The position numbers were made by a program, and so were the translations under genes. Shown piece by piece: positions 38,573 through 51,120 of a stretch of 64,000 bases of DNA; within the stretch, counting starts at the first letter, position 1, and each line of letters begins with the position of its first letter. Under the pieces are notes generated by a model. The model did no database searches and had not been told where the DNA came from. It saw only the letters and a list, made by a program, of their open reading frames with translations. Source of the DNA: Lepidodermella squamata (lineage: Eukaryota > Animalia > Gastrotricha); the NCBI GenBank assembly GCA_047495785.1, contig JBLDXI010000031.1, positions 1,054,001-1,118,000 on the forward strand. The letters are read 5' to 3'.

Positions 38573-40213
38573 ATGGACATGAGCGAAGAAGTACAAAAGA
38601 CAGAACCTCAACCGACTAATAAACTAGACGAGCCTGGCCCTACAGAGCCATCACAAAGCTTTAACAATGGCGAGCCACAATTGCTATCAGAGAATCCGCC
38701 AGCAGAACCGATAGCGCAAGCCGATGATGTTCCTTCAACCATTCTAGAAAACTCAGAGACAATTCCAGCCGAGCAACCTGTGTATCAAAACACGGAAGAC
38801 GGTCCTACCCAAGGTTCAATCGACCCGGAATATCGCCAAGATGATCCTGTTCAAGCTCCGAGCGACCCGGAATTAATACATGGGGATCCTGTTCAAGCTC
38901 CGAGCGACACGGAATTACATGGGGATCCTGTTCAAGCTCCGAGCGACACGGAATTACATGGGGATCCTGTTCAAGCTCCGAGCGACCCGGAATTACATGG
39001 GGATCCTCTTCAAGCTCCGAGCGACACGGAATTACATGGGGATCCTGTTCAAGCTCCGAGCGACACGGAATTACATGGGGATCCTCTTCAAGCTCCGAGC
39101 GACCCGGAATTACATGGGGATCCTGTTCAAGCTCCGAGCGACCCGGAATTACGACAAGATGATCCTACTGAAACAACTAGTGAAGCCGTTCAGGATTCAG
39201 GGGACATCGCCCAACACGATCCGATTGAGTCCGAACAGATACCTGTATCAGAGATGGAAAATCGTGATGCCGAACCTCAAGAATATGTTGCCGATCCTAC
39301 TCTGGAAGAGCAAGCCCCCACGCAAATTTACGAGGAAGCCAAGTCAGTGCCCACCCAGGCTCTGCCGCAATCAGAAGTTTTAATAGTTCCAAAGGCAGTA
39401 GTTCCGAAAGTTTCTTCGGTTGAACAAACCAAAACAAAGCCTGAGAACCAACCAATCAAAGCTAACGCTGGTCCAAAACCAGTTAGGGAGGAAACTCAAT
39501 CAGTTGATTTGCGGCAACCTGCAGTTCTGAATATTCCGCCGCAAAGCCTGCCGATCCAAGCTGCTACTAGCGCTAACCAAGTGGGGGAATACGCGAAGGT
39601 TTGGTCAAATTTGCATCAAAGTCGTGCATCTGAAAATTCTGTATCGATGGGATTTTTCGTGGTCGATGATCATAATTCTCAATTTAGCGTTAGCTTTCAA
39701 CGTAAAGGCGGAGGGTATCCCCAGCAGCAACAACAAAGCCAACTTCCCAGTCCTTCGCAAATGCTGCCGTACAATCCTTACCATTACGCTTATGCGTACC
39801 CTTATCCGTACCCGAATCCTTATTACTCGCCCTATCCTTTCCCCTACACTCAGCCTCCGCCTTTCCCTGGTTACCAACAGCCAAATCCACAGTTACCTCC
39901 GAAAACTGATGGCGAACATGTTGAGCCAGGCTACCAGCAATCTTATCAACAGTGGCCTAAGAATAAAGTTGATGGCGAACGAGTTGCTGAGCCAGGCTAC
40001 CAACAGCCTTATCAGCAATTACCTCCAAAATCTGATGGCGAACGTGTTGAGCAAAGCTACCAGCAACCTTATCAACAGTTACCAAAGAAAAATAATGGTG
40101 AACGAGTCGAGGCGCCTGTAAAATTGAAAAATGCGGATGTAAAATTGGAAGACCGTTCGACCAAGGAAAAGCAGCCTATTAGAAGACAGGACTCAAACTG
40201 CAACCTTCAGTAA
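38573..40213 (+). CDS. Uncharacterised acidic, disordered protein with 12-aa tandem repeats and a Tyr/Pro/Gln-rich C-terminal region
   Basis: Uninterrupted ~546-codon ORF with about 9 copies of LHGDPVQAPSD[T/P]E, a YPYPYP tract and 3-4 EPGYQQPYQQLPPK repeats. Confidence 0.7.
   Translation: MDMSEEVQKTEPQPTNKLDEPGPTEPSQSFNNGEPQLLSENPPAEPIAQADDVPSTILENSETIPAEQPVYQNTEDGPTQGSIDPEYRQDDPVQAPSDPELIHGDPVQAPSDTELHGDPVQAPSDTELHGDPVQAPSDPELHGDPLQAPSDTELHGDPVQAPSDTELHGDPLQAPSDPELHGDPVQAPSDPELRQDDPTETTSEAVQDSGDIAQHDPIESEQIPVSEMENRDAEPQEYVADPTLEEQAPTQIYEEAKSVPTQALPQSEVLIVPKAVVPKVSSVEQTKTKPENQPIKANAGPKPVREETQSVDLRQPAVLNIPPQSLPIQAATSANQVGEYAKVWSNLHQSRASENSVSMGFFVVDDHNSQFSVSFQRKGGGYPQQQQQSQLPSPSQMLPYNPYHYAYAYPYPYPNPYYSPYPFPYTQPPPFPGYQQPNPQLPPKTDGEHVEPGYQQSYQQWPKNKVDGERVAEPGYQQPYQQLPPKSDGERVEQSYQQPYQQLPKKNNGERVEAPVKLKNADVKLEDRSTKEKQPIRRQDSNCNLQ
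38840..39165 (+). repeat. 36-bp coding minisatellite
   Basis: Head-to-tail copies of catggggatcct[g/c]ttcaagctccgagcgac[a/c]cggaatta with no spacers. Confidence 0.95.
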
Positions 40214-40363
40214 TGATAATTTGATCGTGCAAACGCAGCAAAAGTAACTATGAAATAACAAGTCTAATAATACCCTCACTTTCATGATGAACTTTCAGAA
40301 TATTTCCTGTTGAAATAAATTGAGTTTCGTAGCTGGATGTGATTTATAAGAAGTAACATGAAA

Positions 40364-41906
40364 CCATCGAACTAATAATTTCTTTCCGCGAACCATTTTT
40401 ACTTAAACCATCGGAACCATCGAAATATAATTATTATTCTATATTCATCGGAAATTCGTATTTAAGTTAATATTTAAATATTATTCCGATGGTTTAAGTA
40501 AATCGTAAAATCAAGAATAATGAAACGAGTTGCGGGATGGCGGGAATGTATCATATTAGCGTCCAAATTGAAAATTAAGCATGACCACGGCTAGCTCGGC
40601 CCTGCGATCAGTTGGCTCTTCTTGTAAAATAGCGTCCACGGCAAGGCTTCGAGCAATCAAAATTTGTAGGGTAATTTGCTGAGGTTAGGATTCTCGCTAG
40701 AAATTCAAAAAATTTGGCGGAATCAATTTTGAATTTCTAGCATCTCTGTGCCAACTTAGATCGATAAGACGTCTCATGGACCCTTTGAGGTTACTTGTCT
40801 CTTAAGAAGGATGGGAGCCTCCTAGAAGTCTGAAATTTGAAAATTCAAAATCCCCAGGCAAAACTGAGTTCGAAAATGGTCCTTTTTCAAGTCAACACCG
40901 TATTTGCGATGCTGGATACTTGTTAACGGTCAATTAATAATAGACTGAAACCGTCGGAAATACCTCGGTAGGTGATAAAGCGAGCTAAACAACGGTGCGC
41001 AAGTCGTTGACTTTACCACAGAGAGATACCGATTTATTGGTGGTCTGCGTTACATAATTCTTAGTAACATTGCCTTTAAGACACAGAGATATGAATTAAT
41101 TAACTTCAGTATAGGTGATATTTCTTAATAATAAGTATTGGTTATTTATCGTTGGTTGGAATATAGATGGTGGTGAAGAATTCGAATACTGTCTTTGAGG
41201 GCCTGTGAAGCGATATCGATGGCTGTGCCGGCGTTGATTCCATAATCGCGCAGAAGTTTTACGGCTTCTGTTGTCAGGGATCCGCGGGCACCAATGTATA
41301 GTCCATGTACTTCTTAAAAATGACTTATGAGCGTCGGAAAATCCTAAAAACTAAATCCTTACTTCCAAGCCACTTGTGACCATTCATTTTCACATGAAAG
41401 TATCACATCAGTCGCAATATACTTCGATGCCAAATGACAGTTCTATGGTCGTATAACCAGACGAGGATGATTTTTGATATAAGCCTCATCATCAAACTCA
41501 ACTTCGTCAATAGGACTTATTTAATAGCGCGACCCTGTACAGGCTCGTTTTGGCGCCACAGCTCAATAACTTCACCGCACGCAGTTACTCGCAGCACCTA
41601 CGAGGACTAATGTCATCATCATAAGCTTCTAATTCTATGTATTCATCATCAGTCTGATGTCTTATTATCAGACTCGTAATTCGTAATTTCAAAACAAAAT
41701 CCAATATCGAAGACTGAAAGCAAAGGAAACCAGGTCGAGCGCATTCCGACAGGTTAAGCTAGTGCTCCGATAAATTAAGATCATGTTCCGATGTAATAAT
41801 GCAGTAAAATGACTTTCCGATGGTTTAATTTAGTTTTCACCCGTTTTATATATTTCCGACGTTTTAAGTAAAAATGGTTCGCGGAAAGAAATTATTAGTT
41901 CGATGG
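40364..41906. mobile_element. Non-autonomous TIR transposon (~1.54 kb) containing a non-LTR fragment
   Basis: 44-bp perfect TIR ccatcgaactaataatttctttccgcgaaccatttttacttaaa; subterminal ttccgatggtttaa repeats; possible 2-bp AA TSD. Confidence 0.75.
41146..41313 (-). pseudogene. C-terminal fragment of a restriction-like endonuclease (REL) non-LTR retrotransposon ORF
   Basis: EVHGLYIGARGSLTTEAVKLLRDYGI...IASQALKDSIRILHHHLY* resembles the V.GL..GARG...S..IL..HLY end of NeSL/R2-group ORFs. Confidence 0.6.
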
Positions 41907-42547
41907 AATGATGTAGACCCATTTATAAGGCCAATATTTTTCTCGCATTCCGAGCGAAAAATTGGTGCTAAAAAGGACTTTTGCGATTTTTGTTAAAAGT
42001 TCCCGGAAAAAATAGCTGTCGAATCCAAGCCTTTGGGTTGAGACCCCTTGAGTGAATTGAGTACCCTGAGGTGATACCGCTTTACAATATAGTGGTCTTT
42101 TTATATATGTAAGATGGTTGAAACCCGTTTATGTTTAGTATATTTAGTTTAGTTAGTCAAATGCTCAAATTTGCCTAATCTGCATAGGTATCTATCTTCA
42201 GTAGCCCGACGCCTCGGTGATGCTGATCTCCCCGGAGTAGAGAAAGGCAGAACCCTCAACAAGATTCGCTTTCCCGCCCCTTTCCATCTCACCTAACACA
42301 GAACGAGGGCGAAAAAATCGTAACTTCCGTCCTCACGTCTTCCGCTTGCCTGCTTGTCTGCTTGTCATCGAAGTTTCAAGCAACGTTTGCACGTTGAGAA
42401 TCCAAACCCTTGACGGCCCGGCGGTTTCCGCAAGTTCAGACGATTTTACCTCACATATTTCCCGCGCTATGTCTAAAATACCTATACATAAAGTTTATCA
42501 AAAGCAATCAAGAGTATGGCCATTATCTTTATCTGAAAATTAATATA

Positions 42548-43731
42548 CCGTAACGGGTCCTAACTTTGGACAAAACACCTTTTTTAATTTTAAAAAATTC
42601 GGTTTTCGTCTAAAAAAAATGGAAAAAATAGCCAAACCTCCGCCCAAGGATTCTGCGTGGACAGGTGAAGTTTGGAAAATTTAGAAGCTCACCTTGATTT
42701 TAAAAAAATAGGTAAAGAAACCTCTAAATTTGGACACTCGTTCCCAAATTTGGACACCTCATTTGCATATGCTAATTCGACCTTACACACATTTTATTTC
42801 TTGTTGCGCAATTTTTCTCGTGTTTTTAAAGGCGACTTTTTTAGCCGCTTGACACTAAAATTTGCTTCCGATAGGATTCACTCATCGTCAAATTTAATGC
42901 AGATTTAACGCAATACCAATTATACACCAGGCACCGTTAATGAACCACGAATCTTCTCAAAACTATGATAAACCAGGTGCAAATGTCTCTGAAGCACCGA
43001 GTCTCATTTAGAAAGTAGACGGAGGGATATCAGTTTGAGGTTAAACCATGGGTTGAGGTTTGAATGAGTCATGGAGTTTCTTTGTCGCTGAACTATTGAT
43101 AAGTGAACTGTCATTTGTCCCATGGTACCTGCTGTTCAACTGTTTAATTAAAGCTTGGGCGCCGTCGGATTTGTATTCTGATACATTATTATTCTCTCAT
43201 ACATTATGCTCTCTAGCTAAAATCATCAAAGCATAGCCTAGGCCGGGAGTCATTAAGCTACTTCCAAGGTTCCATCAATGCGTTGCCATTCTTTTCAAAA
43301 ACTTACAAAAAGCATACATTTTGTTTGCATATGCATAAGGATAAAAATATCATCAAAAGTGTCCAAATTTAGAGGCTAAATTCAAAGTCACCTGTATCAA
43401 AATTGGCTTGTCCTTCTGCCGAGATTTTTTTACAGAATTTAGTTTAGGTAAATCCCTATTTGCAAAAAAAATTTCAGCCCCAACCGTTCACAGGTGAGCA
43501 TTTGGCAAGGGGGGTCCCAAAACACCTCTCTGAGTGATCGAGCTTCGGCGATTTTTCGCAAATCGATAGTACATGAAAGTATTGGCAAATTTGGTACCGT
43601 TGGAAAGCCCATGAAGGGAGCTATTTTTCAGTGAAGTTTTTAAACTTTTATCAGTTATGCACAAATTGATATTTGGGGCTAAAGCTCAAAGTGTCCAAAT
43701 TTGGGGTGTCCAAATTTAGGGCGCGTTACGG
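42548..43731 (+). mobile_element. 1184-bp non-autonomous Tc1/mariner-pogo-type element, copy 1
   Basis: TA flanks at 42546-47 and 43732-33. TIR ccgtaacg[g/c]g[t/c]cctaa[c/a]tttggaca. Multiple internal aaatttggaca motifs. Confidence 0.85.
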
Positions 43732-43789
43732 TATAGGCCTCAAAACGCCAAAATAACGAAAAAAAAGTCACAACGACAATTAGAGCCTA

Positions 43790-44973
43790 CCGTAACGCGC
43801 CCTAAATTTGGACACCCCAAATTTGGACACTTTGAGCTTTAGCCCCAAATATCAATTTGTGCATAACTGATAAAAGTTTAAAAACTTCACTGAAAAATAG
43901 CTCCCTTCATGGGCTTTCCAACGGTACCAAATTTGCCAATACTTTCATGTACTATCGATTTGCGAAAAATCGCCGAAGCTCGATCACTCAGAGAGGTGTT
44001 TTGGGACCCCCCTTGCCAAATGCTCACCTGTGAACGGTTGGGGCTGAAATTTTTTTTGCAAATAGGGATTTACCTAAACTAAATTCTGTAAAAAAATCTC
44101 GGCAGAAGGACAAGCCAATTTTGATACAGGTGACTTTGAATTTAGCCTCTAAATTTGGACACTTTTGATGATATTTTTATCCTTATGCATATGCAAACAA
44201 AATGTATGCTTTTTGTAAGTTTTTGAAAAGAATGGCAACGCATTGATGGAACCTTGGAAGTAGCTTAATGACTCCCGGCCTAGGCTATGCTTTGATGATT
44301 TTAGCTAGAGAGCATAATGTATGAGAGAATAATAATGTATCAGAATACAAATCCGACGGCGCCCAAGCTTTAATTAAACAGTTGAACAGCAGGTACCATG
44401 GGACAAATGACAGTTCACTTATCAATAGTTCAGCGACAAAGAAACTCCATGACTCATTCAAACCTCAACCCATGGTTTAACCTCAAACTGATATCCCTCC
44501 GTCTACTTTCTAAATGAGACTCGGTGCTTCAGAGACATTTGCACCTGGTTTATCATAGTTTTGAGAAGATTCGTGGTTCATTAACGGTGCCTGGTGTATA
44601 ATTGGTATTGCGTTAAATCTGCATTAAATTTGACGATGAGTGAATCCTATCGGAAGCAAATTTTAGTGTCAAGCGGCTAAAAAAGTCGCCTTTAAAAACA
44701 CGAGAAAAATTGCGCAACAAGAAATAAAATGTGTGTAAGGTCGAATTAGCATATGCAAATGAGGTGTCCAAATTTGGGAACGAGTGTCCAAATTTAGAGG
44801 TTTCTTTACCTATTTTTTTAAAATCAAGGTGAGCTTCTAAATTTTCCAAACTTCACCTGTCCACGCAGAATCCTTGGGCGGAGGTTTGGCTATTTTTTCC
44901 ATTTTTTTTAGACGAAAACCGAATTTTTTAAAATTAAAAAAGGTGTTTTGTCCAAAGTTAGGACCCGTTACGG
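43790..44973 (-). mobile_element. 1184-bp element, copy 2, inverted
   Basis: Reverse complement of copy 1, with the same length and an identical 78-aa spurious ORF at the mirror position. TA flanks at 43788-89 and 44974-75. Confidence 0.85.
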
Positions 44974-45889
44974 TATACAGTATATTTCTTTTTCAATAGT
45001 CCTCGAATATTGGCGACAAATTGTCGCTCCAAGCACTTATCTAAATGTGTACACTCGCAGACCATTAAAAAACCGCTTCGACTTCATTGATTAATTTAAA
45101 TTCCATTTATTATCTTATGTGGAGCGAAATCTCATTTCGTTGTTTTCACTCATTTCTATCGCTCTAAAAATTTTTAGAACAATAAACGTGCCCTCTGACT
45201 GGATTCATCAACCAATTTTCGTAACAAACACGATAAGCGCGGAACCAGCTAAAAAGCTAATAATAACTGCGCTAATAATATTCGGCAAACGATATGAGTT
45301 GCAGGCTCCATTGCTAAAATCAGTATTGGGACAGCTAGTAGAAACGTAAAATCTTGTAAAATTATATCTGGTATGTTGTATGTTTGCATATTCGCCTTAA
45401 AATTTGCTGATCACTCGCATTTTCTTTGGGCAATAATTATTGCTGTCAGGTCATGTCATCGCACAGGCCGAATGATTTTATTGCTGCAATCGGCCAAGCT
45501 ATCAATGATGACGTAGATGTTGTTTGTTAGTCGAACAGCCACGTGGTCGCCCCACCGACCGGTCGATATATTTTTTGCACAACCGAAATCACAGCCGAAT
45601 TTAGTTCACTCATTGCAAAGGGCAAAAAGTGCTATTCTGGTACCATAGAAAATCGCGTGCTCTTCGAAATTTATTTTAAAACTACCTCACCTGTTGTTGC
45701 GTAATTCTTAATCCAGCGCGAATATTGTTTATGAAATATGTCGCCACAAGACGCCATTTTCAAACGTGGAAATTGGCGGGATTTTTCGTTGGATTCTCGA
45801 CTTTGCCAGATTTTCTTATTAATTTTTCACTTTTTTACAGGTTTTTAGATACATTTCTTATTTCGCTTTGGTTTTGTTTGTTTTCAATC

Positions 45890-46785
45890 ATGTCCAACAC
45901 TTCCTCGCCTGTTAAAGCTTCGAAATCAGCGGCGAATAAGGCCGATCATCCGACTTACGACGAGATGATCGAAGCGGCGATAACCTCGCTGAAGGAGCGG
46001 AAAGGCTCTTCGAGGAAGGCCATCCTCAAATACGTCCTCGAGCACTACAATGTCGGCCAGGACGAGAAGAAGGTCAACATGTTCATCTCAAAATCGCTCA
46101 AGAAACTGCTCGCCAACAATCGCCTCAAAAATGTCAGTTTTTTTTATTACAAAAATCACTTATTTATTAATTTTGATAATTTTTAATGTTTTGAAATTAA
46201 ATTAAATTGGATTTATAAATTAATTTTTAAACTTTTAATTGAAATTTATCTTTCTCGCAGATGACTGGAACTGGGATTGCCGGATCGTTCAGAATTAATG
46301 CCGAGGCTGCGAAATTGTTGAAAAAGGCGAAATCGACGGCTGTTAAAAAGGCGAAAAAGGCTGCCGAAGATGCGTCATCCGGCGATGAAGAAGGCCACGA
46401 AAGTGAAACTCCGGCGTCGCCGAAGAAACCCGCGAAAAAAGCTGCGCCTAAGAAAGCGAAGGACGAATCATCAGCGCCAGCAGCAGCGAGCTCACCTACT
46501 AAAAAGTCGCCAACGAAGAAAGCGGCGCCTGTGAAAAAGGCGCCGGCGACGAAGAAATCGCCTCAGAAGAAGAGCAATAAGGCGGCGGCTGAGGAGAAGG
46601 CCGAGGCGCCGGCTTCACCTGTGAAGAAGGCAAAGGCTGCTGCGAAACCAGCTGCTGCTAAAGAGCCGGCGTCGCCTACTAAAAAGGCTGCTTCGCCGAA
46701 GAAAAAGGCCCCGGCTAAGCCTAAAGCTGAAAAGCCGAAGGAGGAAAAGCCGGCAAAAGCAACCAAAGCAGCGGCGAAAAAGTGA
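45890..46785 (+). CDS. Linker histone H1 (H1.0-like, intron-containing); intron 46133-46260
   Basis: DHPTYDEMIEAAITSLKERKGSSRKAILKY...GTGIAGSFRI followed by a Lys/Ala/SPKK-rich tail. Confidence 0.92.
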
Positions 46786-48344
46786 AAAAATACAGGTAAA
46801 TCATTTCACCGTTAAATTTAATTGACTAATATTTCTCTTATTTTTTAGTTCCCTGCCCGATGAAAATGCCTTCGATTTTTTGTTGTGACGTTGATGCTTG
46901 GCAGTGATTGTTTTTCGCTACTTACCTTGAGCTCTGATAATATTGAAAAAATTGTGAAAAAATGAAATCGAAATGCGCTTTGATTTTTGCACTTATCCTA
47001 CCTTCGAAAATAAAAACTACATGCTTATAAAATTGCGAACAAATTATACCTGAATACTATTATAGCCTAAAATGATTGTTGTGTATGATAATAATGGAAT
47101 GGTCTTGTGTATCGATTGATGGTTTCGAGGATGAATAAACTTTAAATTTTCCATCAATTTAATTTTGTTTTGCATATTGCGATTTTTTAATGAATCCTGT
47201 CACGCCAGAGAGATGAGATTAAAATAGAAAGCATTGGAACTGGGTCACGAATTGGGTCACGAAAAATTGGAATAATTATTAAGTTGGTTTGACATTTATC
47301 ATTTTTTGCCGCGTATAGCGTATAGCCAATCTGCAAATCGCTCAACTTCCGCGATATCGAAACGTCCTTTTTCTATAGTTGGTCGCTGGTTGCTATTTTG
47401 TTGAAATGAGCAGAGGCGGCAATGCTATTGAAATTAATGAAACACTGGGTCTCCCCAAAAATGTCAATCGGAAGTCTAAATCCGCCCATCTTTTCCATGT
47501 GATGGCAGAGCCAAATATAATGATGATCACGAAAGCGGAAGGACGCGACGAATAAATCAAGAAAGTATCAGAAATTATCTGTATAATTCGTAAAAATAAA
47601 TTCTGAATAAAAATCGTTGTTTTTATATCAAGAGTCGAAATATCTTTTTTGGCGAAAAATGACCAAAAAGGTAGGCTATAATCCTCTCGCCGAAAAATTC
47701 ATTTATTTTTATATATTTATATTTATATATTTATAATATTTTTTCGCATATAATTAAAATTATGACAGATCTTACAGGGTTGAAATATTTATTTACGATT
47801 TTTTTCCATATTTTTTTCTGCGTCCAAATGGACAAACAAGAGACATGTTTCGTGTTTATTCCTGGCGCAAGTCGTAGCATTTTTTCGTCTTGGGGATATA
47901 TAATGCGCATTATTATCCCATTATACTCATTTTCAAAGTATTAAGCGACAGATGCGCGCTAAAAAAACTCGCGCAAGCGCGTTATTTCCGTCGTCGCCCG
48001 TGCGATCGCGCTTCATCCGGCTTCGCACGCGCACACGGAGCGTAAAATAATAGGCATTGATTATAAGATATACTTCATACGAGTGTAATCAACAGTGATG
48101 AAAGGAAATGAAATCTAAGCACCGAGCTCTAGAGAAAAAACGACGACTCACTATTTAGCAGTGATTTTTTCTCACACACACACACCATCGTTCGAAAAAA
48201 TGGTGCTTGAAAATTGATACTTCTTCGTAAAAATATCACTGGCAGTGAAAATTGAGATAGTAGTAGCTGCGAGTGGAAAAAAACTAATTTGTCGCGAAAT
48301 CAATTCTTGACGCGTGGGTATAAGTATAAGTAAGCATCATCATC

Positions 48345-50072
48345 ATGGCGGCGGACAGGATAGCAGGCGGCGGCGGCGGCAGTAGTCGGAATCCTTTCAA
48401 GATGCAATCGCAGGGCGGCGCGTCCGGCAACTCGGGCTCTGGTGGGCCCGGCGGCGAGAAAACAGGCTATCGCTGGACCGATCTATCCACCAAACTTATC
48501 CAAGGCACTCGGGTTCGAACAACTTCACTTTTTTCCTAATCAAAAATTTTAAAATCAGCATAGACTCTTAGGATATCTGATAATTAGGGATTTTCCTATA
48601 TATTTTCAAATTTTATGAGTGATTTTCATTGTTTTTTGTTAATTTTCGATTCTTTTTACAATTTTTCAGGAACGTCAGCCTGGCGTGTCGCGTTCGAGTT
48701 CGGCCGATGAGCTCAGCATCGATCACCTGAATTACAATTCGATATCGGGCCAGATTCGCGAGGCCGTCGATGAAAGTCAGAGCCTGTTCGAATTTCTCGG
48801 CAAGGCCTGGTCTATCCTTACGAATACAGCCGCTATTTCTGTACTCGCTGGCGTTCACTGCTTCATTCCTCTCGGCATGATGATGGTAAATAATATAGGA
48901 TTCTGCCCACCATATACATTTTAAACTGAACTCAGTCCTAAAACTTTAAAAATTTGAATAATTATTTAATTTTAAAAATTTAATTTAATTTTGAATTTAA
49001 AAAAATTTTAATCAGAATTTTGTGGACATTTTTGAAATTTTTGAGAATTTTTTGAAATGTGCTGGCTTGAGATTTTTAAAGGGGATCTTGTAATTTGAAG
49101 GAAATTCCAACTTCTTTTTCCAACTTTGAAATTGATGTTCGAGCCCTACTTTCAAGCATCCTATACCTAAAATTTCAGCTTTTTCAGCTTTTTCAGCTTT
49201 ATCGATACTGATTGTCCTTATGACCCTAATAAGTTTCATTTTAAAGATTTGGTACCCTAAGGTATGTGGAATAATTTTCGATGCTGGCGTTCTAGATTGC
49301 TGATTATCGGAAAAATCACTGAATTGTAAAATCGATACTTTGAATCGATATCAGCTCTGCAGGCTTTTGCGTAGCTGATAATCAAACCCCCAATATAACG
49401 CAAAATATGCGGAGTATTGAGACCTATTCATTTAGACTCGACAGTATAAACAAATTGAGATTTTTAAGGTAAAATCGAAAAATTAAATTTACCATAAAAT
49501 TTAGTGCTCAAATAACAGGACCCTCAAATTCATTACTGGAGCTTGGAACTTCTAGAAATTCTTAGTTTAATGTTTTCAACAATCCTATTCAAATTTGAAA
49601 TATTACTTTTCGATTTTAGATCGGAGTGAAACATCTTGAAGATTGCCCTAAACAGCCAAATTTGCCGATTTACCTATTCGTCGGCGGCTGCGTTGGCCTG
49701 CTCAAAAACGTCATGGTCCTGCTGTCTCTGATACGAAAACGCCGCAGCGAGTTAGACATGGCTCCTGAAGGCAAGGAAGTTTCCAGCCCTGTTTCAGCTT
49801 CTCGAGCCTCTTTCTACTCGGGCCTTATCATCACAGCATTCCTATTAGGCTGGTTCGCCTATGGCAATTACCTAACGTGGACGATTTTCGAGCCGAATTA
49901 CCGCATGCCGTTGGTTAACCCGAAAGACTGGTGCTCGAAAACGGCGTATTACTTCGCGCTGGTTCACTTTTTCATCGTCTACGGCATGTTTGCGCTCTAC
50001 ATTTTGACGATGATCATCCTAGTCATTTGCCACCGTTGCATGATGTCGACGTGGCGGGAAAATGATTTCTGA
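48345..50072 (+). CDS. TMEM272-like four-TM protein; exons 48345-48512, 48670-48885, 49620-50072
   Basis: IGVKHLEDCPKQPNLPIYLFVGG, FLLGWFAYGNYLTW and CSKTAYYFA. Phase-0 introns join the frames. Confidence 0.75.
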
Positions 50073-50642
50073 AAATTCTCATTTTAGATAATATTATTTA
50101 AACAAAGCGTAGAAATTCTATCCTCTTCCCACTCATAACAAATAAAATCTGGTGAGGAAATTATTCCGATACGAAAATGAGATGATGATGATGATGATGA
50201 TGATGAATGCGCATTTTTGCCTGATAAATAAGATTAAATTGGCTGTTTTATCAATAAAATGAGTCCGAATATTTGCATTACTAAATTTGAAGTTCCAACC
50301 CTAAAATTGAGCGTCCTGGTAATAACATTTTCCGATTCTTAGCGATTTCGGCTGTTTCGTTTGTTGATTGATACTGAAGCTATATTTTAGCCACATGGTG
50401 CCTGGTGCCCTAAGCTACGCAGAAAAATTATCGATGTTGGGTTCGAGGTTCCAAGACGATTGATATCGGGAAAATCACTGATTTGTAAAATCGATAATTG
50501 AAATCAATATCGACTACACAGCGTGAAGATTAACTATATCAACTCGTAAATTGACCGCTCTCACAGCGCAAAAATTGTCCTAGAAGTGTCTAGTATTTTC
50601 TACAGCTACAAAAATTCAATTATTTTTTTCAAAAACCTACCG

Positions 50643-50949
50643 AGAGAATATTCTATCTTTTATCCGCGATTAAGCAGAAGAAAAAAAATGTACCGGAGAA
50701 AACCCGGAAAATCCCGATGGTAACTGGTTCGGTAATTTCGGTATATTACCCGGTTGGACCGAATTTCTCCATACTTTTTTAATCCCATTAACTAGTGACA
50801 TAGGTACTTAATTAATATTCTCGTGATTTTTTGAATTATTCTAAAAAATTTCTGGCCATGAGATATGACTTCATATCTCCTTTTAGAGTTTCTGAACCCC
50901 TTTTCCGTTTATTTCCTTCGCTTGTGTTACTTTTATGGGACACGCTGTA
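50643..50949 (-). mobile_element. Partial diverged copy of the 28.85-kb MITE
   Basis: Shared blocks atcgcggataaaagat, accagttacca and agaaatttttttagaa, with terminus TA-cagcgtgtcccata. Confidence 0.65.
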
Positions 50950-51120
50950 TAGGATATGCGTGATTACAAAAAACTCAAAAAAACCATATTCAAGATTTCC
51001 AAGTTTTTATTCACTTCGAAGCAAAATAATACTACAAGCAAGGTTGAATGGGGCCTATCATGGGATAATAACGATCACTCTCTCAGCACAGCGATAACTA
51101 ATCATGAGTCTTAGTAGATA

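Noticed and set aside
38840-39165. CRISPR array (36-bp periodicity)
   Set aside because: The units are contiguous with no unique spacers, lie in frame within an ORF, and the context is eukaryotic with no cas genes.
38880-40121. Overlapping alternative-frame ORFs (MGILFKLRATRNY repeats and others)
   Set aside because: By-products of a 36-bp repeat that lacks stops; the long frame explains the region.
42672-44849. Duplicated 78-aa gene
   Set aside because: A chance TTG-started ORF inside the duplicated element, with no transposase motifs.
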